A stretch of DNA of 64,000 nucleotides from an uncultured Clostridia bacterium (GTDB taxonomy: Bacteria; Bacillota; Clostridia; Christensenellales; UBA1242), in the NCBI GenBank assembly GCA_934746715.1, contig CAKVFI010000001.1, positions 7,653-71,652 on the forward strand. The letters are read 5' to 3'. The translations under genes and the position numbers were made by a program. Shown piece by piece: positions 59,958 to 64,000 of the stretch. A model generated the notes under the pieces. That model was not told the DNA's origin. It ran no database searches and worked only from the letters and a program-made list of their open reading frames with translations. Position 1 is the first letter of the stretch; the number at the start of each line of letters is the position of its first letter.

Positions 59958-61945
59958 TAGTTCTCCTTATCTTCCTTGTGAAGTTTGTCAATTTTTTGTT
60001 CTTCAAAATTGTCAATTTTGTTAAAGTTTGCATTTTTGTTGATGTAGTCCTTTCTTGGGCCAACATCATCGCCCATCCACATGCTAATTTGCTTGTCCGC
60101 TTGCATAACATCTTCAAGAGTTACGCGTATCATGCTGCGGTGTGCTGGGTCCATTGTGGTTGACCAAAGTTGTTCTGCGCTCATTTCGCCAAGGCCTTTG
60201 TAACGTTGCAAATTGTAGTTTTTAAGTTTTGATGTGATTGCTGTCAATTCTTCATCTGTGTAGCAATACCATTCTTTATCTTTGGTGGAAACCTTGTAAA
60301 GTGGAGGCATGCCAACATAAACATTGCCGTTTGTGATGAGTGGGCGCATATAACGGAAAAAGAAAGTGAGCAAAATGCAACGAATATGCATACCATCTTG
60401 GTCGGCATCACTCAAAATGATGATTTTGTGATATTTTAAGTTTTCAAGTTTAAAATCTTCGCCAATGCCCGTGCCAAATGCACCGATAATTGTGCGGATT
60501 TCTTCGTTTGCAAGCACTTGGTCAATGCGCTTTTTTTCACTGTTCAATGGTTTGCCACGCAATGGCAAAATTGCTTGATAATATCTATCTCTGCCTTGTT
60601 TTGCTGTGCCGCCCGCAGAATCGCCTTCAACAATAAAAATTTCGTTCAATTCCGCATTTTTGCTGGTGCAGTTTGCAAGTTTGCCAAGCAACATATTGCC
60701 TTCTATTGAATTTTTGGCACGAGTTAAATCCTTGGCATGTTTTGCTGCTGCTCTAACTCGGGCTGCACCCTTGGCTTTGTCGATGATTATATTGCCGATA
60801 TTTTCGTTCTTTTTGGCTTGGAAAAATTCACTCAAACCTTGTGTGCAAACACTTTCCACCCTTGAGCGAGCTTCCACATTGCCAAGTTTGGTTTTTGTTT
60901 GACCTTCAAACTGAACATTTTTCATTTTGATTGCAAGCACGGCAACAAGCCCTTCACGGAAGTCATCACCAATAAAAGGAATATCCTTATCTTTAACAAG
61001 GCCGTGCTTTTTTGCAAAATCATTAAGCACTTTTGTGAGTGCTGTTTTAAAACCTACTTCGTGAGTGCCTCCTTCCGGTGTTGGAATGTTGTTAACATAA
61101 CTATAAATGCTTTCTGTGTAATTATCAACATATTGCAAAGAAAGCGATACAAATGTATCGTCAATTTCATTTTCAATATAAATTGGTGGCACAAACAATG
61201 GTTTCCTGTCCATTGTAAGGCTGGTTACATAATCTCTAATACCACCTTCAAAGCACAAAGTTTCGTGCTTGTTGGTGCGTTCGTCAATCAACTCAATATG
61301 AACACCCTTGTTTAAAAACGCAGTTTCTTTAAGGCGCTCATAAACGGTGTCGTAATCAAAGTGAATATCCTTAAACACCCTATCATCTGGCAAAAAGCGC
61401 ACATATGTGCCCTTTAATGTTGTGTTGCCAATCTCTTTGAGCGGTTGAACGCAAACACCAGAATGGATTTTGCCATTTTTTTCAACAGATTCAAAGCGTG
61501 CAAAGTATTTTTTGCCGTCCTTGCAAACTGTAACTTCCAAATATCTGGAAAGTGCGTTTGTAACTGATGCACCAACGCCGTGCAAACCGCCAGAATATTT
61601 ATAGTTGTTGTCGCCAAACTTGCCACCAGCATGAAGTTGAGTGAAAACCACTTCAACGCCACTGATTTTAAGTTTTGGGTGTGGACTAACTGGAATGCCA
61701 CGACCATTATCCAAAACAGATGCAGTGCCGTCTTTGTGCAATGTAACTTCGACTTTGTTGCCATAACCATTTGCAACCTCATCAATTGCGTTGTCAATAA
61801 TCTCCCAAAGCAGATGATGAAGCCCCTTTACACCTGTTGTTCCTATATACATACCCGGGCGCATGCGAACTGCATCTAACCCTTCCAAAACAATCAAATC
61901 TTTACTATCATAACTTGCTGCCACAATTAACCCCTTTCGTTTCAA
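59957..61945 (-). CDS. parE: type IIA topoisomerase subunit B, ParE-like (GyrB/ParE family)
   Basis: '[16 protein letters not shown]', '[14 protein letters not shown]', 'GGLHGVG', 'EGDSAGG', 'PLRGK'. 1-nt overlap with the A subunit gene. Confidence 0.85.
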   Translation of the reverse strand: MKRKGLIVAASYDSKDLIVLEGLDAVRMRPGMYIGTTGVKGLHHLLWEIIDNAIDEVANGYGNKVEVTLHKDGTASVLDNGRGIPVSPHPKLKISGVEVVFTQLHAGGKFGDNNYKYSGGLHGVGASVTNALSRYLEVTVCKDGKKYFARFESVEKNGKIHSGVCVQPLKEIGNTTLKGTYVRFLPDDRVFKDIHFDYDTVYERLKETAFLNKGVHIELIDERTNKHETLCFEGGIRDYVTSLTMDRKPLFVPPIYIENEIDDTFVSLSLQYVDNYTESIYSYVNNIPTPEGGTHEVGFKTALTKVLNDFAKKHGLVKDKDIPFIGDDFREGLVAVLAIKMKNVQFEGQTKTKLGNVEARSRVESVCTQGLSEFFQAKKNENIGNIIIDKAKGAARVRAAAKHAKDLTRAKNSIEGNMLLGKLANCTSKNAELNEIFIVEGDSAGGTAKQGRDRYYQAILPLRGKPLNSEKKRIDQVLANEEIRTIIGAFGTGIGEDFKLENLKYHKIIILSDADQDGMHIRCILLTFFFRYMRPLITNGNVYVGMPPLYKVSTKDKEWYCYTDEELTAITSKLKNYNLQRYKGLGEMSAEQLWSTTMDPAHRSMIRVTLEDVMQADKQISMWMGDDVGPRKDYINKNANFNKIDNFEEQKIDKLHKEDKEN

Positions 61946-61985
61946 TTTTGTTATATTCTGGGGTAATTATACCATTTTTTTTTAA

Positions 61986-63059
61986 TTAAAGCAATTTTTT
62001 TGTGAGTATGTTGGTATCAAAATATGAATATTTTTTTGGTTGAGTTGCGTTTGCCACCAAATCTTCAATTAGAGTTATGTAATCTATACCCAAAGGTTCA
62101 AACAAGTAAAAAGCCAAACTGCCAGGTATGGTGTTAACTTCATTAAAATATAAAGTTTTTGTGTTTGCGTTGAACATATAGTCAATCCGCACAACGCCGT
62201 TTAAATTTAGGTGCAAATAAATATTTTTTGTTGTGTTGCAAATCTGCTCTTCTAGTGCTTTTGAAATTTGAGCAGGGATTATCCTATCTTTTGCCTTGCT
62301 TTTGCCGTCATGACGATATTTCTCATCAAAGGTCAAAAAATCTTGTTTGCTTATTGGCTGTTCTATTGCACTCAAAACTAATTCTCCATCTTTTTTGTAA
62401 CACGCTTGATTGAGTTCTATCATTGGTTCAATTTTTTCTTCAACAAGTGCATTGTCGTTCATTTCAAAAATAGCAAAAATTTGATTTTTAAAATTTTGCT
62501 TTGTACATGCCTTAACTCCAATAGATGAGCCCAAAGCGTTTGGTTTAACAATCAAATGGTTGGCAAAATCGGTTTTTATTTGTTCAACTGCGGTTAAATA
62601 ATTTTGTTTTGAAACAAGCACGCCTTTTGCAGTTGTTGCAACGTCTTGCACCAACTGTTTGGTTAAATCTTTGTCCATAGTAATGCCCGCTGTGAGAGCA
62701 GATGTGCTTGTGCAAGGTACGCCAACAGTTTCAAAAAATCCAGCTAGCGAGCCGTTTTCGCCAACACCACCATGGCAACAATTAACCACACATTTAATGT
62801 CGCAAACTTTTTTGTAACCTATGCTTTTTTTTAGCAACCCATTGCAAAACAAAACTGGTTTTAACTTTATGGCAGATTTGTTTGCAAAAAATGTCAAGTC
62901 TTCAATATCGGTTGCGTAATAAAACTTGTTATCCAATCCTAAATAAACTTTTTCAACATCAAACTTTGATTGCAAAAATTTTGCACACTGCATGCCTGTG
63001 ATTATCGACACATCATGCTCTGGGCTTTGCCCACCAAAAACAACACAAATTTTTTCCAT
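61986..63059 (-). CDS. ddl: D-alanine--D-alanine ligase
   Basis: 'VVFGGQSPEHDVS', 'HGGVGENGSLAGFFE', 'NEVNTIPG'. Confidence 0.92.
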   Translation of the reverse strand: MEKICVVFGGQSPEHDVSIITGMQCAKFLQSKFDVEKVYLGLDNKFYYATDIEDLTFFANKSAIKLKPVLFCNGLLKKSIGYKKVCDIKCVVNCCHGGVGENGSLAGFFETVGVPCTSTSALTAGITMDKDLTKQLVQDVATTAKGVLVSKQNYLTAVEQIKTDFANHLIVKPNALGSSIGVKACTKQNFKNQIFAIFEMNDNALVEEKIEPMIELNQACYKKDGELVLSAIEQPISKQDFLTFDEKYRHDGKSKAKDRIIPAQISKALEEQICNTTKNIYLHLNLNGVVRIDYMFNANTKTLYFNEVNTIPGSLAFYLFEPLGIDYITLIEDLVANATQPKKYSYFDTNILTKKLL

Positions 63060-63133
63060 ATAAGTTTATATTCACAAAAGCAAATTTTGGTTTTTGTTTT
63101 AACTTTAAATTTAATAGCAACATAAAAATTTAT

Positions 63134-63889
63134 ATGCCTAACAATCAAACTAAAACATGCAAATTTATTTTTCATGGTGAATTGATTGAATACGATTTTT
63201 TTAAAGTAACCAATCAAGCAGATTGCGTTTTGTTTTTGCATGGATGGGGAGGCAACAAAAACTCTTTTGTTAGCACCATTAATTTAATCAAATCAAAACA
63301 AAATTGCCTTGCTGTAACCCTGCCAACAATCAACCACACAAATCTAGTTTGGACTTTGTTTGATTACACCAATTGTGTTTTAAATCTGCTTTTAAGTTTT
63401 GGAATTAAAGAAATCAAAATTGTGTGCCACAGTTTTGGGTTTAGGGTTGCCACACTTTTAACAATTTTGACAAAACATAACAAATTATTACAAATCAAAA
63501 AAATTGTTGTAACCGGCGGCGCAGGCGCAAAAAAAATTAATCTTTTTAAAAAAATCAATCAAAACGCAAATATTTGTCTGTTAAAACAAGATAAAAATAA
63601 AATTTTATTTAAAAAATTGGTTAGCCCTGATTATTCATCATTGTGTGAAACAAACAAAAAAACTTTTAAAAATATTGTAACTTTCAACACCAAAAATTTG
63701 CTTAAATTTGATTTTCCTGTTTTGCTTTTTTGGGGCAAATTCGACCATGAAACTCCATTGTGGATTGCAAAAAAAATTAAAAAATTAAACAAAAATAATG
63801 CAACATTAATCATAACAAAAAGCAATCATTTTGCATATTTAAAACAAAATGCATATTTTAACAATTTGGTGGTGAAATTTTTGTGTTGA
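63134..63889 (+). CDS. alpha/beta hydrolase
   Basis: 'VLFLHGWGGN' oxyanion region and the nucleophile elbow 'VCHSFG'. Confidence 0.7.
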   Translation: MPNNQTKTCKFIFHGELIEYDFFKVTNQADCVLFLHGWGGNKNSFVSTINLIKSKQNCLAVTLPTINHTNLVWTLFDYTNCVLNLLLSFGIKEIKIVCHSFGFRVATLLTILTKHNKLLQIKKIVVTGGAGAKKINLFKKINQNANICLLKQDKNKILFKKLVSPDYSSLCETNKKTFKNIVTFNTKNLLKFDFPVLLFWGKFDHETPLWIAKKIKKLNKNNATLIITKSNHFAYLKQNAYFNNLVVKFLC

Positions 63890-64000
63890 AATTAATTTTA
63901 AATTGTAATTTTTGGATTTTTTATTTAAATTTTATAACAATTTTTATTAATATTATTTGTGTAAAAAATCTGTTGCATTTGTTTCAATTGCGAGATTATA
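63883..64000 (+). CDS. 5' end of a membrane-anchored protein running off the right edge (unassigned; possibly a MurF-type N-terminus)
   Basis: 39 stop-free codons in very AT-rich DNA, starting at GTG 63883 or TTG 63886: VLKLILNCNFWIFYLNFITIFINIICVKNLLHLFQLRDY. Overlaps the hydrolase stop. Function is a guess. Confidence 0.3.
   Translation, partial: MLKLILNCNFWIFYLNFITIFINIICVKNLLHLFQLRDY

Overview
This 64-kb window comes from a low-GC, Firmicutes/Clostridia-type chromosome. It uses the standard genetic code: TGA acts as a stop (for example in the ATGA overlap of yqfC/yqfD) and Trp is TGG. I support about 68 protein genes and 2 tRNAs (Cys-GCA, Leu-CAA). About 85% of the genes are on the minus strand.

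The backbone is a Bacillus/Clostridium-like housekeeping set:
- dprA(partial)-comM, rplS, yraN-rnhB-rbgA-trmD-rimM-KH-rpsP
- ffh-ylxM-ftsY-smc, ligA-pcrA, rpsU, HIT
- mtaB-rsmE-rpe, rlmN-fmt-def-priA-rpoZ, rnc-plsX, rpmF, ackA-pta, ppdK
- recO-yqzL-(ybeY::era)-yqfD-yqfC, an ABC-F ATPase, PAP2, nrdR, ylmC
- a ParE/ParC-like topoisomerase pair and ddl

I saw no rRNA, CRISPR array, transposase, integrase or prophage. I did not find an unmistakable multi-gene novel system. The window is mostly core genome, interrupted by small orphan insertions that mostly sit on the plus strand and often carry their own promoters and terminators.

The observations most worth a second look:
1. A seamless single-ORF YbeY-Era fusion.
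2. A roughly 280-nt GC-rich (~49% G+C) structured non-coding segment with imperfect direct repeats between ppdK and a lipoprotein gene.
3. A two-gene ADP-ribosylglycohydrolase + 115-aa orphan cassette appended to an AbrB-ABC exporter operon, convergent with an orphan + ASCH-domain gene pair.
4. A methyltransferase gene whose ATG is out of frame with its body across an A7 tract, behind an apparently leaderless promoter.
5. An ABC-F protein whose second Walker A has lost the P-loop lysine.
6. A lipoprotein gene bracketed by two copies of the same terminator hairpin next to the tRNAs.

All functional calls come from motif and synteny recognition by eye. No database search was possible.
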